NCBI GenBank assembly: GCA_028694925.1
Contig: JAQVJW010000003.1
Coordinates: 1-50,918, forward strand
Source: Patescibacteria group bacterium
GTDB taxonomy: Bacteria; Patescibacteriota; CPR2; UBA1875
Direction: 5' to 3'
DNA: 50,918 bases
Part shown: positions 35,905-46,033 of the stretch, piece after piece
Layout of the letters: each line of letters opens with the position of its first letter
How positions within the stretch are numbered: the first letter of the stretch is position 1
Notes under the pieces: model-generated
The model's database searches: none
The model's input: the letters and a program-made list of their open reading frames with translations, nothing else
What the model was told of the DNA's origin: nothing
Program-made: the position numbers and the translations under genes

Positions 35905-36740
35905 TGGCTGTACGATTACGAAAACCAGTTACAAATGCCCAGCGTGGCCTCTCGGTCGACGACTTTTCTGATGTCACCAAAAAGACTCCTGAAAAATCAC
36001 TCCTTACAAAAAAGAAGAAACGATCAGGACGTAACAATCAAGGGAAAATAACGGTCAGACATCAGGGCGGTGGTGTTAAACAAAAGTATCGAATTATAGA
36101 TTTTAAGATGCTTTCTGGTGAATACACGGTCGAGGCGATAGAGTACGACCCTAATCGAAGTGCCCGAATTGCTCTTCTTTCTGCTACTGATGGCAAAAAG
36201 TCATATATCCTATCGCCATTAGGCCTTAAGGTCGGGAAGAAAATCCGTTTTGGGGAAGAGGCCAACGTTGCTACCGGACATCGCAGGAAATTAGCTGACT
36301 TACCGGTTGGAACCCTCATATATAATATTGAGCTTAATCCTGGTCAGGGCGGGAAGCTAGTTCGTTCTGCCGGAGCTTCGGCTCAGCTCATGGCCAAGGA
36401 AGGGGAGCTTGTTCAAATCAAGCTACCATCAAGCGAAATCAGAAAAGTGTCAGCTGATTGTATGGCTTCAGTTGGAACAGTCTCAAACCCAGAATATCAG
36501 AACATTAAGCTTGGGAAGGCTGGTCGAGTTCGAAAGATGGGTAAGCGACCAACCGTTCGTGGTAGTGCGATGAACCCAGTCGATCACCCCCACGGTGGTG
36601 GTGAAGGGAACCAGCCAATTGGTCTTAAGCACCCAAAGACACCTTGGGGTGCCCCTGCGCTTGGTGTAATCACCAGGAAAAAGAAGAAACCTTCAACGAA
36701 ATTTATCGTAAGAAAAAGAAAGAAAAGGAGAGGTAAATAA
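35904..36740 (+). CDS. rplB: 50S ribosomal protein L2
   Basis: [34 protein letters not shown]. Confidence 0.99.
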   Translation: MAVRLRKPVTNAQRGLSVDDFSDVTKKTPEKSLLTKKKKRSGRNNQGKITVRHQGGGVKQKYRIIDFKMLSGEYTVEAIEYDPNRSARIALLSATDGKKSYILSPLGLKVGKKIRFGEEANVATGHRRKLADLPVGTLIYNIELNPGQGGKLVRSAGASAQLMAKEGELVQIKLPSSEIRKVSADCMASVGTVSNPEYQNIKLGKAGRVRKMGKRPTVRGSAMNPVDHPHGGGEGNQPIGLKHPKTPWGAPALGVITRKKKKPSTKFIVRKRKKRRGK

Positions 36741-37018
36741 TGTCACGATCACTTAAAAAGGGTCCCTACGTTGACGAGCGACTTCTTGCGAAGATCGCCG
36801 CAAGTGATGGGAAGAAGATAATTAAGACCTGGGCTAGAAACTCTACTATTTCTCCCGAGATGGTCGGGAATAATATCGCGGTCCATAACGGTCGAGAACA
36901 TATTACTGTCTTTGTAACTGAAGATATGGTTGGTCATAAGCTGGGCGAATTTGCTCCAACCAGGAAATTCAGAAGCCACGGTGGGAAAATGGCCAAAGAA
37001 CAGGCAGCAGGAAAATAA
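36740..37018 (+). CDS. rpsS: 30S ribosomal protein S19
   Basis: [24 protein letters not shown]. Confidence 0.98.
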   Translation: MSRSLKKGPYVDERLLAKIAASDGKKIIKTWARNSTISPEMVGNNIAVHNGREHITVFVTEDMVGHKLGEFAPTRKFRSHGGKMAKEQAAGK

Positions 37019-37030
37019 TAGTGAGGAAAG

Positions 37031-37522
37031 ATGGAAGTAATAGCTAAAGGAAAATACATCAGGATTTCACCCAAGAAGGCAAGGCCGATTGCCGACCTTC
37101 TACGTGGTAAAAATGCTCGGGAGGCCCGCGTGATGCTCGAGGCTATGCCCCAAAAAGGCGCGAAACTGATTGGGAAGGTTCTTGCGAGTGCGATGGCAAA
37201 CGCCGAGAATAATTTTAGTCTCGAGAAGGATCAGCTCACTATTAAGGGAGTTACCATCGATGGCGGCCCAGTTCTTAAGCGCTATATGCCAAGAGCCCAA
37301 GGTCGAGCCTCAGAGATCAGAAAGCGAACTTCCCATATTGAGATCGTAGTCGCAGGTGACGTAAAGACAAAGAAAGAGAAAAAGCAAACAGAAATTAAGG
37401 CCAAGGAAGCTAAAGAAGACCAAAAGGTAGAAAGCAGGCCAGAAGTTGCAGGAAATGAAAAGTTAAACCCTAAAGAGAGTATCGGAAAAGGACCAAAAAT
37501 ATTTAGGAGAAAGACGGGTTAG
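37031..37522 (+). CDS. rplV: 50S ribosomal protein L22 with C-terminal extension
   Basis: ISPKKAR, ANAENN, PRAQGRA, KRTSHI. Confidence 0.98.
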   Translation: MEVIAKGKYIRISPKKARPIADLLRGKNAREARVMLEAMPQKGAKLIGKVLASAMANAENNFSLEKDQLTIKGVTIDGGPVLKRYMPRAQGRASEIRKRTSHIEIVVAGDVKTKKEKKQTEIKAKEAKEDQKVESRPEVAGNEKLNPKESIGKGPKIFRRKTG

Positions 37523-37523
37523 C

Positions 37524-38186
37524 ATGGGACAAAAAGTAAATCCAAACAGTTTTAGACTTCAGGTAACCAAGGATTGGAAATCGCGATGGTTTGCAGGCAA
37601 GTCTGATTATGCGAAACTTTTGCATGAAGATATTAAGATTCGTGACTATATCCTTACTAATTTAGGCCCTCGGGCTGGAATATCCAGAGTCGATATTGAA
37701 CGGGATGCGAACCTTGTTAATGTTATTATTCACACTTCCCGCCCCGGGGTTGTTATCGGGCGAGGTGGAGCCGGAGCAGTTGAGCTTAAGAATAAGCTTA
37801 CAAGCCTAGTTGAATCAAAGATTAAGGATATCTCGATCGAAGAGATCAGAAAGCCGGAACTTGATGCTAAGATTATGGCCGATAGCATCAAGGAACAGCT
37901 CGAAAAAAGGATTGCCTTTAAGAGAGCGGCAAAGCAAGCACTCGATAAGATTAAAAGAGCCGGAGCGGAAGGTGTTAAAGTGATGATTGCCGGTCGTTTG
38001 AACGGGGCCGATATCGCAAGGACACAGTTCTTCCAAGAAGGGAAGATCCCAATGTCCACTTTACGCGCCGACGTTGACTATGGTTTTTCAGAAGCGTGGA
38101 CAACCTACGGAATCCTAGGGATCAAGGTTTGGATTTATCGGGGAGAAAGAAAAAAGGAAGAGGAAAAGAAAAATGTTAATGCCTAA
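37524..38186 (+). CDS. rpsC: 30S ribosomal protein S3
   Basis: [35 protein letters not shown]. Confidence 0.99.
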   Translation: MGQKVNPNSFRLQVTKDWKSRWFAGKSDYAKLLHEDIKIRDYILTNLGPRAGISRVDIERDANLVNVIIHTSRPGVVIGRGGAGAVELKNKLTSLVESKIKDISIEEIRKPELDAKIMADSIKEQLEKRIAFKRAAKQALDKIKRAGAEGVKVMIAGRLNGADIARTQFFQEGKIPMSTLRADVDYGFSEAWTTYGILGIKVWIYRGERKKEEEKKNVNA

Positions 38187-38607
38187 AAAGACAAAATACC
38201 GAAAATCGCACAAGAACATCCGGAATGGCAACGCAAAGCGCGGGTCAGAACTTATCTTTGGGAATTATGGCATTAAGGCCGTAACAGCAAGTTGGGTTGA
38301 TTCAAGGCAGATTGAAGCGGCAAGAAGGGCAATGACCCGGTACATCAAACGTGGCGGTAAGGTCTGGATTAGAATTTTTCCTGACCAACCCGTAACCAAG
38401 AAGCCTAATGAAGTCGGAATGGGTAAAGGAAAGGGTTCGCCGGATCATTTTATCTTTCAGGTTCGCCCTGGTCGGATTATCTTTGAGATGGGTGGGGTAA
38501 CAGAAGAGCTTGCCCGCGAAGCGTTAAGGCTTGGAGCCCATAAACTTCCTGTAAAGGTTAAGTTCATCGCCAAAGAATCCGAAGGAGAGAATAAAGATGA
38601 AAGTTAA
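38173..38607 (+). CDS. rplP: 50S ribosomal protein L16
   Basis: [26 protein letters not shown]. Confidence 0.98.
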   Translation: MLMPKKTKYRKSHKNIRNGNAKRGSELIFGNYGIKAVTASWVDSRQIEAARRAMTRYIKRGGKVWIRIFPDQPVTKKPNEVGMGKGKGSPDHFIFQVRPGRIIFEMGGVTEELAREALRLGAHKLPVKVKFIAKESEGENKDES

Positions 38608-38818
38608 AGATATTGTAGCGAAAAAAGACCAAGACCTTGTAAAGAAACTTTCAGATCTTGAAGAAGAGCTTGTTAAGTTGCGATTTCAAATAGCGACGAA
38701 AGAATCAGATAAATCAGCCAGTATCGTAAGTACAAAGAAAGATATCGCGAGAATAAAAACTATTTTGCGTGAAAGAGAAATCGGAAGAGAGGAGGAAGTA
38801 GATGAAAAGAAAGCTTAA
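38597..38818 (+). CDS. rpmC: 50S ribosomal protein L29
   Basis: [17 protein letters not shown]; operon position. Confidence 0.95.
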   Translation: MKVKDIVAKKDQDLVKKLSDLEEELVKLRFQIATKESDKSASIVSTKKDIARIKTILREREIGREEEVDEKKA

Positions 38819-39047
38819 AGGAACAGTCGTTTCTACGGGAAGTGAGAAGACCGTTTCGGTTAGAGTTGAGCGAAGTAAGATTCACCCTCTTTACCGAAAA
38901 AGATTCGTGAGCTCAAAGAAATTTCTTGCTCATGATGAGCTTGGGGTCGAAAAAGATGATGTAGTCGTAGTCGAAGAGGTAAGACCAATCTCCAAAAAAA
39001 AGAAATGGAAAGTGATACAAATAGTAGAGGGGAAAGGTAAAAAGTAA
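38802..39047 (+). CDS. rpsQ: 30S ribosomal protein S17
   Basis: GTVVS, HPLYRK, AHDE, RPISKKK.W. Confidence 0.97.
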   Translation: MKRKLKGTVVSTGSEKTVSVRVERSKIHPLYRKRFVSSKKFLAHDELGVEKDDVVVVEEVRPISKKKKWKVIQIVEGKGKK

Positions 39048-39415
39048 TGATACAAGCAGAGACAAGACTTAGAGTAGCCGACAATACTGGTGCCAAAGAA
39101 ATTATGTGCATCAAGGTTTTGGGTGGCTCAAGAAGGCGCTATGCAGGAATTGGTGATACCATTATTGCCTCTGTTAAGCTTGCTGTTCCTGGTGGTCAAG
39201 CTAAAAAGAAAGAGGTGGTTCGAGCAGTTGTTGTTAGAACCAGAAAAGAGACCAAGAGAAAAGATGGCTCTACAATAAGGTTTGACGATAATGCAGCCGT
39301 TCTTGTCGGTACTGACGGGCAACCTCGTGGTACTCGTATCTTTGGTCCAGTTGGCCGAGAATTAAGAGAAAAGGGTTTCTCAAGAATCCTTTCTCAAGCC
39401 CCGGAGGTGCTCTAA
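39047..39415 (+). CDS. rplN: 50S ribosomal protein L14
   Basis: [28 protein letters not shown]. Confidence 0.99.
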   Translation: MIQAETRLRVADNTGAKEIMCIKVLGGSRRRYAGIGDTIIASVKLAVPGGQAKKKEVVRAVVVRTRKETKRKDGSTIRFDDNAAVLVGTDGQPRGTRIFGPVGRELREKGFSRILSQAPEVL

Positions 39416-39759
39416 TGAATAAGTTAAAGATAAAAAAAGGTGATAAAGTGGTTATCCTTTCTGGTAGAGACAAAGGAAAGACCGGGATTGTCGAACGGGT
39501 CTTTACAAAGAATCGAGCCGTTCTTGTTCCTAAAGTGAATGTTGTTAAAAAGGCTGTTAAGGTTTCAAAAGATAATCCAGCTGGAGGGATAATCGACAGT
39601 GAGAGGCCACTTCCGGTCTCACGGGTGCAATTAATTTGTTCTAGTTGTGAAAAGAAAACCAGAATTAAGCTCGAAAAGAAGGGCGATAAGAAGCAGAGAG
39701 TTTGCACAAAATGCGGTAAAGTGATCGAGGCTCGCAAGGAAGAGAAGAAGGAGAAATAA
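39415..39759 (+). CDS. rplX: 50S ribosomal protein L24
   Basis: KKGDKVVILSGRDKGKTG KOW motif, GGII. Confidence 0.97.
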   Translation: MNKLKIKKGDKVVILSGRDKGKTGIVERVFTKNRAVLVPKVNVVKKAVKVSKDNPAGGIIDSERPLPVSRVQLICSSCEKKTRIKLEKKGDKKQRVCTKCGKVIEARKEEKKEK

Positions 39760-40307
39760 TGGCTCGTTTAAAAGAACTATATGACAAAAAGCTCAAAAAA
39801 GAACTAGGAGAAAAACTTGTTATTGAAAATACAATGGCTCTTCCTAGAGTCGAGAAAGTCGTAGTTAATGCCGGAATTGGTAAGGCAACCCAGGACTCAA
39901 AATATCTCACCGAAGCCGAAGAGGCTCTTCTCGCGATAACAGGCCAAAAACCAATCCCCACTAAGGCTAAAAAGTCTATCGCTGGCTTTAAATTACGAGA
40001 GGGTAACCCAGTTGGTGTCTCGGTAACCTTACGGGGCGTGGTGATGTATGAATTTTTAGATAGACTCATAAACGTTGCACTACCTCGTATCCGTGACTTT
40101 CGGGGTATTAAAAGTACTGCGTTCGACCCTAAAGGCAACTATTCTATTGGTATCAAGGAACATACTGTTTTCCCTGAACTAATCGGAAAAGAAGTCGAAC
40201 CAATATCCTTACAGGTAAATATTAAAGTGGCAGCTAAAAACAAAGAGGAATCTCAGGCGCTCCTTCAGGCGCTCGGGTTTCCGTTTGTAAAAGAGGACAA
40301 CGCTTAA
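39759..40307 (+). CDS. rplE: 50S ribosomal protein L5
   Basis: KVVVNAGIG, ITGQKP, GFKLREG, LPRIRDFRG. Confidence 0.99.
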   Translation: MARLKELYDKKLKKELGEKLVIENTMALPRVEKVVVNAGIGKATQDSKYLTEAEEALLAITGQKPIPTKAKKSIAGFKLREGNPVGVSVTLRGVVMYEFLDRLINVALPRIRDFRGIKSTAFDPKGNYSIGIKEHTVFPELIGKEVEPISLQVNIKVAAKNKEESQALLQALGFPFVKEDNA

Positions 40308-40316
40308 GGAGTTTTT

Positions 40317-40502
40317 ATGGCAAGAAAAGCATTAATAGAAAAAGCACAAAGAAAACCAAAGTATTCTACGAGGAAACAAACTAGATGTCGTATTTGTGGT
40401 CGATCAAAAGGTTATCTTAAGAAATTCGAGATGTGCAGAATTTGTTTTCGGGAAAGAGCAAGTAAGGGCGAGGTCCCTGGCGTAAGAAAGGCTAGTTGGT
40501 AG
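40317..40502 (+). CDS. rpsN: 30S ribosomal protein S14, Zn-binding type
   Basis: CRICGR...[15 protein letters not shown]. Confidence 0.98.
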   Translation: MARKALIEKAQRKPKYSTRKQTRCRICGRSKGYLKKFEMCRICFRERASKGEVPGVRKASW

Positions 40503-40513
40503 AAAGGAAAAAT

Positions 40514-40897
40514 ATGGTAGTTACAGATCCAATATCAGATATGTTGACAAGAATAAGGAATGCCTATGCTGTAGGTAAGGAATCGACCGAGGTCGGAACC
40601 TCCAAAGTAAAGGTAGCGATCCTTTCGATATTAAAAGAAAAGGGTTACATCAAGGACTATAAAGAAGCGGATGGTAACATCACAGTTACCTTAAGTTATG
40701 ATAATGATAAGCCGAAAGCCTCTTCTCTGGTAAGGGTTTCAAAACCGGGCCGTCGGGTTTATGTTAAAAGTGATGAGATTCCAACCGTCCTTTCGGGTGA
40801 GGGGATTACGATAGTTTCAACCTCAAAAGGAATCATAACTGGAGAAGAAGCAAAGAAGAATAAGTTGGGCGGCGAATTAATCGCGAAAGTCTATTAA
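40514..40897 (+). CDS. rpsH: 30S ribosomal protein S8
   Basis: DPISDMLTRIRNA, SKPGRRVY, STSKG, GGELI; ATG 40514 behind AAGGA. Confidence 0.98.
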   Translation: MVVTDPISDMLTRIRNAYAVGKESTEVGTSKVKVAILSILKEKGYIKDYKEADGNITVTLSYDNDKPKASSLVRVSKPGRRVYVKSDEIPTVLSGEGITIVSTSKGIITGEEAKKNKLGGELIAKVY

Positions 40898-40905
40898 GGA
40901 GCAGT

Positions 40906-41448
40906 ATGTCAAGAGTAGGAAACAAGCCAATTGAGATAAAAGAAGGGGTTACAGTTACCGTAAATGGCCAAGACGTCATCGTTAAGGGTCCTCGTGGTGA
41001 ACTTTCACTTACCCTAAGGAAGGGCATTACCGCCAAGGCTGATGACGGAAAGATTGTTCTTAAGACTGCAAACGAGACCGTAGAGCTCGCAAAGCTTCAC
41101 GGGCTCTCAAGGACCCTGATTTCAAATATGGTTGAAGGAGTTTCGGATGGTTTTCTGAAGAGGCTTGAGTTTAATGGGGTTGGTTATCGGGCCAATGTTG
41201 AGGGGAGTGACCTTATCTTAAATCTTGGGTATTCACATCCGATAAAATATACCCCAAGAGAAGGGATAGAGATTAAGGTTGAAAAGAATGTTATAACCAT
41301 CTCTGGGATCGATAAGCAGCTTGTCGGCCAAACAGCCGCCGAGATCAGAGAATTCCGAAAGCCAGAGCCATACAAAGGAAAAGGGATTAAGTACGAGGAT
41401 GAGCATATAAGAAGAAAAGCGGGTAAAGCCGCTGTTAAGGGTGAATAG
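40906..41448 (+). CDS. rplF: 50S ribosomal protein L6
   Basis: MSRVGNKPI, GVGYRA, LGYSHP, PEPYKGKGI. Confidence 0.99.
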   Translation: MSRVGNKPIEIKEGVTVTVNGQDVIVKGPRGELSLTLRKGITAKADDGKIVLKTANETVELAKLHGLSRTLISNMVEGVSDGFLKRLEFNGVGYRANVEGSDLILNLGYSHPIKYTPREGIEIKVEKNVITISGIDKQLVGQTAAEIREFRKPEPYKGKGIKYEDEHIRRKAGKAAVKGE

Positions 41449-41457
41449 CGAGGTATT

Positions 41458-41799
41458 ATGAAGAAAAATAATAATAGAGAATTAAGAAGAAAAAGAGTTA
41501 GGGCAAAGGTAACTGGGAATGAAAAAACCCCAAGGCTTACTGTTGCAACTTCGCTTTCCCATATTCGGGCCCAAATTATCGATGATATCAAGGGAGAAAC
41601 CCTGGTATATGCGGATGACTTTTCGATTAAAGAAAAAAAGACTAAGACTGAAAAAGCGAAGATGGTTGGGGAGGCAATTGCGTTGAAAGCGAAAGAAAAG
41701 AAGATAACAACCGTTGTTTTCGATAGAAACCGGCGACTATATCATGGCCGAGTAAAGGAACTAGCTGAAGCGGCTCGAAAAGCCGGATTAAAGTTTTAA
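41458..41799 (+). CDS. rplR: 50S ribosomal protein L18
   Basis: PRLTV, AQIIDD, VVFDR...YHGRVK, AR.AGL.F. Confidence 0.97.
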   Translation: MKKNNNRELRRKRVRAKVTGNEKTPRLTVATSLSHIRAQIIDDIKGETLVYADDFSIKEKKTKTEKAKMVGEAIALKAKEKKITTVVFDRNRRLYHGRVKELAEAARKAGLKF

Positions 41800-41808
41800 G
41801 GAGATTAA

Positions 41809-42384
41809 ATGGCAGATTTTGTGAAAAGAGAAGAAAAGGACGATATCGAAGAAAGAGTGATTCAGATTGACCGAATTACGAGAGTAGTTAAGGGTGGCCG
41901 GAGACTTCGCTTTAGGGCTATTGTTGTCGTCGGAGACGGAAAAGGCCGTGTTGGTCTTGCGGTTGATAAGAGTAGTGAGGTTGTTGGGGCGATTGAAAAA
42001 GCTACCCGAAAAGCTCGAAAGAGTATGTTCACCGTTAATCTTACCGAAAATACCATCCCACACGAAATTACCGCAAAGCATGCGGGAGCTCAAGTCTTCT
42101 TAAAGCCCGCGAAACCAGGTACCGGTGTTATAGCGGGTGGTGCAGTTAGGCCAATTTTAGAAGTCTTAGGAGTTCGTGACGTTCTCTCAAAAATTCAAGG
42201 CTCTGGGTCAAAACTAAACAATGCTTACGCGACCATAGTTGCTCTTAGGTCACTTAGAAAAATAGATAAGAAAGAAGAGAAAAAACCAGTCCAAAAGACA
42301 GTTAAGAAGGAGATTAAAGAAATAAAAGCGACACCAAAGAAAGCTCCCAAAAAGCCAACTACTGTAAAGAAGGAGAAAAAGTAA
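41809..42384 (+). CDS. rpsE: 30S ribosomal protein S5
   Basis: RVVKGGRR, VVVGDGKG, GTGVIAGG; followed directly by rplO (no rpmD). Confidence 0.99.
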   Translation: MADFVKREEKDDIEERVIQIDRITRVVKGGRRLRFRAIVVVGDGKGRVGLAVDKSSEVVGAIEKATRKARKSMFTVNLTENTIPHEITAKHAGAQVFLKPAKPGTGVIAGGAVRPILEVLGVRDVLSKIQGSGSKLNNAYATIVALRSLRKIDKKEEKKPVQKTVKKEIKEIKATPKKAPKKPTTVKKEKK

Positions 42385-42803
42385 TGGAACTTTCAAATTT
42401 AAAGAAATTAACCAAAAATAAAACCCGCAAGGGGAGAGGAATCTCGGCCGGGAAGGGTAAAACAGCTGGACGAGGGACCAAGGGTCAAAAGTCACGTACT
42501 GGGGGGAATATAAAGCCGGGATTTGAGGGTGGTCAAATGCCCTTAAAGCAGAGGATCCCCAAAAAGAGAGGCTTTAAATCACGAAACGAAAAACCAGTCA
42601 CCGTCACCCTCGGACGACTTAATAGATTTAAGGATGGCTCAGTAGTTACGGAAAAAAAGCTTAAAGAAGAGGGGATAATCTCCCGCGATTCTGCTAAAAT
42701 TGTTGATGGGGGAGAACTCACAAAAAAACTTACTATCGCCCTACCGATTTCAAAAGGAGCAGCTGAGAAGGTAAAAAAAGCCGGCGGTAAAATAGAAAGG
42801 TAG
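42384..42803 (+). CDS. rplO: 50S ribosomal protein L15
   Basis: GRGISAGKGKTAGRG.KGQKSR, FEGGQMPL. Confidence 0.98.
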   Translation: MELSNLKKLTKNKTRKGRGISAGKGKTAGRGTKGQKSRTGGNIKPGFEGGQMPLKQRIPKKRGFKSRNEKPVTVTLGRLNRFKDGSVVTEKKLKEEGIISRDSAKIVDGGELTKKLTIALPISKGAAEKVKKAGGKIER

Positions 42804-42804
42804 A

Positions 42805-44115
42805 ATGAAAAAGTTCTTGGAAATAATCTCAGACAAAAATCTCTTAAAGAAGATTTTATTTATCTTTTTTATCCTTTTATTGTTTCGAGTAGCTGCTCAT
42901 GTTCCGATCCCAGGCCCAGATCCTGAAAATGTTCGAAACTTTCTCGCTGAAGCCTTTAAAGGTAATTCTTTATTATCATTTTTGGATATCTTTTCTGGTG
43001 GTGGTATCTCTCGATTTTCGGTTGTGATGATGGGTCTTGGACCATATATCACGGCCTCGATTATGATCCAACTACTGACGATGATTTCGCCAAAGCTTGA
43101 GGCCCTCTCTAAAGAGGGTGAGGAAGGACATCGGAAGATGAACCAGTATTCCCGTCTTCTAACCTTACCCCTTGCCTTTGTTGAAGGTTATGCTGGAATC
43201 AGGTTCCTTCAGTACTCAGGCTCTCAGGCTGGGACCGACTTTTTAGGGAACATTACGTTAGCTGATTGGGGGCTGATGCTCCTTTCAATTGCAGCTGGGA
43301 CGATGTTTTTGATGTGGCTTGGAGAGCTCATTACTGATAAGGGGCTTGGGAACGGAGTGTCGATAATCATCTTTGCTGGGATTATAGCAGGTCTTCCTCA
43401 GTCGGTTGGTCAGGCTGTTCAAAAAATCATTATCTCAGAATACGATCCAACTCAAATCATGACCCAAGCAGGCATTTTAGTCGCGATAGTAATAGCTATC
43501 ATCGCCATTATATTTGTTACCGAGGGCCAGCGTAGATTACCGATTTCTTACGCTAAGAAAGTTCGAGGGGCCAAGCTTTATGGTGGGATTGAAAGTTTCC
43601 TCCCGATAAAGCTTAATATGTCTGGAGTTATCCCAATTATCTTTGCCGGAGCTTTTATGAACCTACCGACAATGATTGGATTCTTCTCACAAGTCAAAAA
43701 TCAAACAATTGCAAATGCCGCAACCTGGATCCAGGAGACTTTTAATCCCCAGGGGCTCCCGTATGCCGTAATGTTCTTCGTCCTTGTCTTTGCCTTTACT
43801 TTTTTTTCAACCTTCCTTTATTTTAAGCCTAAGGATGTAGCCGAGAACCTTCAAAAGCATGGCGGCTTTATCCCAGGGATTAGGCCGGGGACTCAAACTG
43901 AGAAGTATCTTTCCTGGCTTATAAACCGAGTGACCTTATGGGGGGCAATCTTCCTTTCAGCGATAGCTGTCCTCCCGTTTATTATTCAAATATATGCTAA
44001 TGTTGGAAATATCATCATCGGTGGTACCGGGCTTCTGATCGTAGTCGGAGTTGCGATTGAGATTAAAAACCAGATTGATGCGCAGATTGTGACGAAGTCT
44101 TATGAGGGGATCTAG
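42805..44115 (+). CDS. secY: Preprotein translocase subunit SecY
   Basis: [47 protein letters not shown]. Confidence 0.98.
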   Translation: MKKFLEIISDKNLLKKILFIFFILLLFRVAAHVPIPGPDPENVRNFLAEAFKGNSLLSFLDIFSGGGISRFSVVMMGLGPYITASIMIQLLTMISPKLEALSKEGEEGHRKMNQYSRLLTLPLAFVEGYAGIRFLQYSGSQAGTDFLGNITLADWGLMLLSIAAGTMFLMWLGELITDKGLGNGVSIIIFAGIIAGLPQSVGQAVQKIIISEYDPTQIMTQAGILVAIVIAIIAIIFVTEGQRRLPISYAKKVRGAKLYGGIESFLPIKLNMSGVIPIIFAGAFMNLPTMIGFFSQVKNQTIANAATWIQETFNPQGLPYAVMFFVLVFAFTFFSTFLYFKPKDVAENLQKHGGFIPGIRPGTQTEKYLSWLINRVTLWGAIFLSAIAVLPFIIQIYANVGNIIIGGTGLLIVVGVAIEIKNQIDAQIVTKSYEGI

Positions 44116-44645
44116 TGATTACCTTTATTACAGGCAATCAAAACAAACTTAGAGAAGCTAGGGAGATTTTGGGTGACGTAGAGGGACACGAGATTGACTT
44201 ACCAGAGATTCAAGAGGTTGATCCTCATATAATAATTAAGGCAAAGATGGATGAGGCAAAGAAGCAAGGTCTTAAGAACTTTATTGTTGAAGACACCTCA
44301 CTATATTTTGATGGCCTTAATGGTTTACCAGGACCTCTGATTAAATGGTTCTTGGACAAACTCGGTAATGATGGACTTTATGATTTAGTTAAAGACAAGG
44401 ACCCGAAGGCTCAAGCTAAAACTATTATTGGTTACTCCGATAAAGAAGGTAAAATTAGCTATCACGAAGGAATAATAGAGGGAGAAATAGTGGCTCCAAA
44501 AGGAGACACTAATTTTGGTTGGGACCCGATATTTAAGCCGGATGGACACGACAAAACCTTTGCCGAAATGGGCCCAGAAGAGAAGAACACGGTTAGTATG
44601 CGGAAAATGGCTTTAGAAGAGTTAAAAAAATACCTAACCGAATAA
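44115..44645 (+). CDS. Ham1/RdgB-family non-canonical purine NTP pyrophosphatase (ITP/XTP/dITP)
   Basis: TGNQNK, EDTSL, GLPGP, FGWDPIF; terminal SHR motif is SMR; GTG overlaps secY stop. Confidence 0.9.
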   Translation: MITFITGNQNKLREAREILGDVEGHEIDLPEIQEVDPHIIIKAKMDEAKKQGLKNFIVEDTSLYFDGLNGLPGPLIKWFLDKLGNDGLYDLVKDKDPKAQAKTIIGYSDKEGKISYHEGIIEGEIVAPKGDTNFGWDPIFKPDGHDKTFAEMGPEEKNTVSMRKMALEELKKYLTE

Positions 44646-44651
44646 TAACTA

Positions 44652-44680
44652 TTTACAGATAATGATTATTGTGTTATTAT
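44652..44680 (+). promoter_or_regulatory. Promoter (extended -10) for the insert orphan
   Basis: TTTACA, 17 nt, TGt-TATTAT. Confidence 0.6.
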
Positions 44681-44804
44681 GACTATCTTATAGTACCTTA
44701 AAATCCTTCTTAGGGACTGGTAATTTGGAATTAAAAAGTTAATTCTAGTTTGCCGTTCCCTACGAAGGGCGGAAACCGAAGACCCCTACGAGGGTCGAAA
44801 GGAA

Positions 44805-45572
44805 GTGGTTGTGTTGATCAAGAATAATATCTACCTTCAGATGGGGGATGTTCCTCCGGAGCTACGCACTGCACTGACCGACAAGATACGTGTGCTCGAA
44901 AGTGAGAATCGCTGGGAGAGCACTTTCGAGGGCCCGACCAACTCAATTACTCCAGTTCTCAACATGGCTCTCGACGACGGAGCTCAAGTCACGAGCTTCA
45001 TCGAGTGCCTCATCAAGAAGCGTCACAACCCCCCACTAGTAGACGGGGAAATCCGCGAACAACTCTTTGAGCTCGTGGGACTACACCCGTATCTCTACAA
45101 CATCCCCAGGCTTCGTCAGTGGTCCGAGCTGTTGGGCTGGGAGAAGGTCCTTGACGCTGAGTTCGTCACGGCGTATCGGGCCTGCAAGCTGATCACTACC
45201 GAGGGACACGGTGATGGTTTCGAGTACCATTTCACCGTCGACGTGGAGGGATACAAGTTGGGTCTAGATGTTATCACTAATAGGGCTAGGCTCAACACCG
45301 CGGATATGCGTGAAGGCGGAAGAGATACGAGAAAGTCTTGGGGTTACCCCCTGGCTCAAGCTCGAATCTTGAATGACCCACAAAGTCTCACTCAGCTGAA
45401 GGAGGATATGGCCGAGTACCGCTATTGGACACGTCTTGCCAAGCGCCTGATCATCAAGGCTGGTCACGCCGACTACGCTGGGCTACCCTTCGGCCAGACG
45501 ATGGCCTCAATCGAGGTGGCCGATCATCCCTTCTTCCAGGACCGCGACGAATGGGAGATGGTCTGGGTCTAG
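44805..45572 (+). CDS. Orphan 255-aa soluble protein in GC-rich insert
   Basis: long open frame, SD AAGGA upstream of GTG/GTG/TTG candidates, terminator downstream; no family recognised. Confidence 0.75.
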   Translation: MVVLIKNNIYLQMGDVPPELRTALTDKIRVLESENRWESTFEGPTNSITPVLNMALDDGAQVTSFIECLIKKRHNPPLVDGEIREQLFELVGLHPYLYNIPRLRQWSELLGWEKVLDAEFVTAYRACKLITTEGHGDGFEYHFTVDVEGYKLGLDVITNRARLNTADMREGGRDTRKSWGYPLAQARILNDPQSLTQLKEDMAEYRYWTRLAKRLIIKAGHADYAGLPFGQTMASIEVADHPFFQDRDEWEMVWV

Positions 45573-45591
45573 CCACCCAGGTTTCCGCAGG

Positions 45592-45621
45592 GCCCCGGCG
45601 CGCAATGCGCCGGGGCTTTCT
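45592..45621 (+). terminator. Intrinsic terminator
   Basis: gccccggcgc-gcaat-gcgccggggc-tttct. Confidence 0.75.
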
Positions 45622-45634
45622 GTTAAAAAAAGTC

Positions 45635-45663
45635 TTGCACAAATCATAAAACTATCGTACAAT
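45635..45663 (+). promoter_or_regulatory. Promoter of infA-rpmJ-alpha operon
   Basis: TTGCAC, 17 nt, TACAAT; preceded by an A-tract. Confidence 0.75.
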
Positions 45664-45678
45664 CATTAGGCACTTAAT

Positions 45679-45930
45679 ATGACAGATAACACAAAGGAAG
45701 TAATCGAGATTGAAGGGACCGTTCAGGAATCTCTCCCAAACGCAATGTTTAGGGTAGAGCTCGAGAACGGCCACGTTATTTTAGCGCATATTTCCGGGAG
45801 AATGCGAAAGCATTACATCAAAATATTACCCGGAGATAAGGTTAAGCTTGAAATGACCCCTTATGATCTTACTAAAGGAAGAATCATCTACCGAGTAGAT
45901 GATAGGAAAAAAGACCCAAATGAAAGTTAG
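45679..45930 (+). CDS. infA: Translation initiation factor IF-1
   Basis: [26 protein letters not shown]-like [10 protein letters not shown]. Confidence 0.98.
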   Translation: MTDNTKEVIEIEGTVQESLPNAMFRVELENGHVILAHISGRMRKHYIKILPGDKVKLEMTPYDLTKGRIIYRVDDRKKDPNES

Positions 45931-46033
45931 ACCATCAGTCAAGAAAATGTGTGATAAGTGTAAAATCATTCGTCGTCATGGACGAGTGCTTGTAATTTGT
46001 GATAATCCGCGACATAAGCAGAGGCAGGGATAA
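45920..46033 (+). CDS. rpmJ: 50S ribosomal protein L36 (below ORF-track size cutoff)
   Basis: [37 protein letters not shown]. Confidence 0.99.
   Translation: MKVRPSVKKMCDKCKIIRRHGRVLVICDNPRHKQRQG

Noticed and set aside
42381-42390. Absence of rpmD (L30) between rpsE and rplO
   Set aside because: Known general feature of CPR genomes; used as taxonomic evidence, not novel.
170-45620. Inserts as IS elements, prophage or integron cassettes
   Set aside because: No transposase, integrase or phage hallmark gene, no terminal inverted repeats, target duplications or attC-type sites found.
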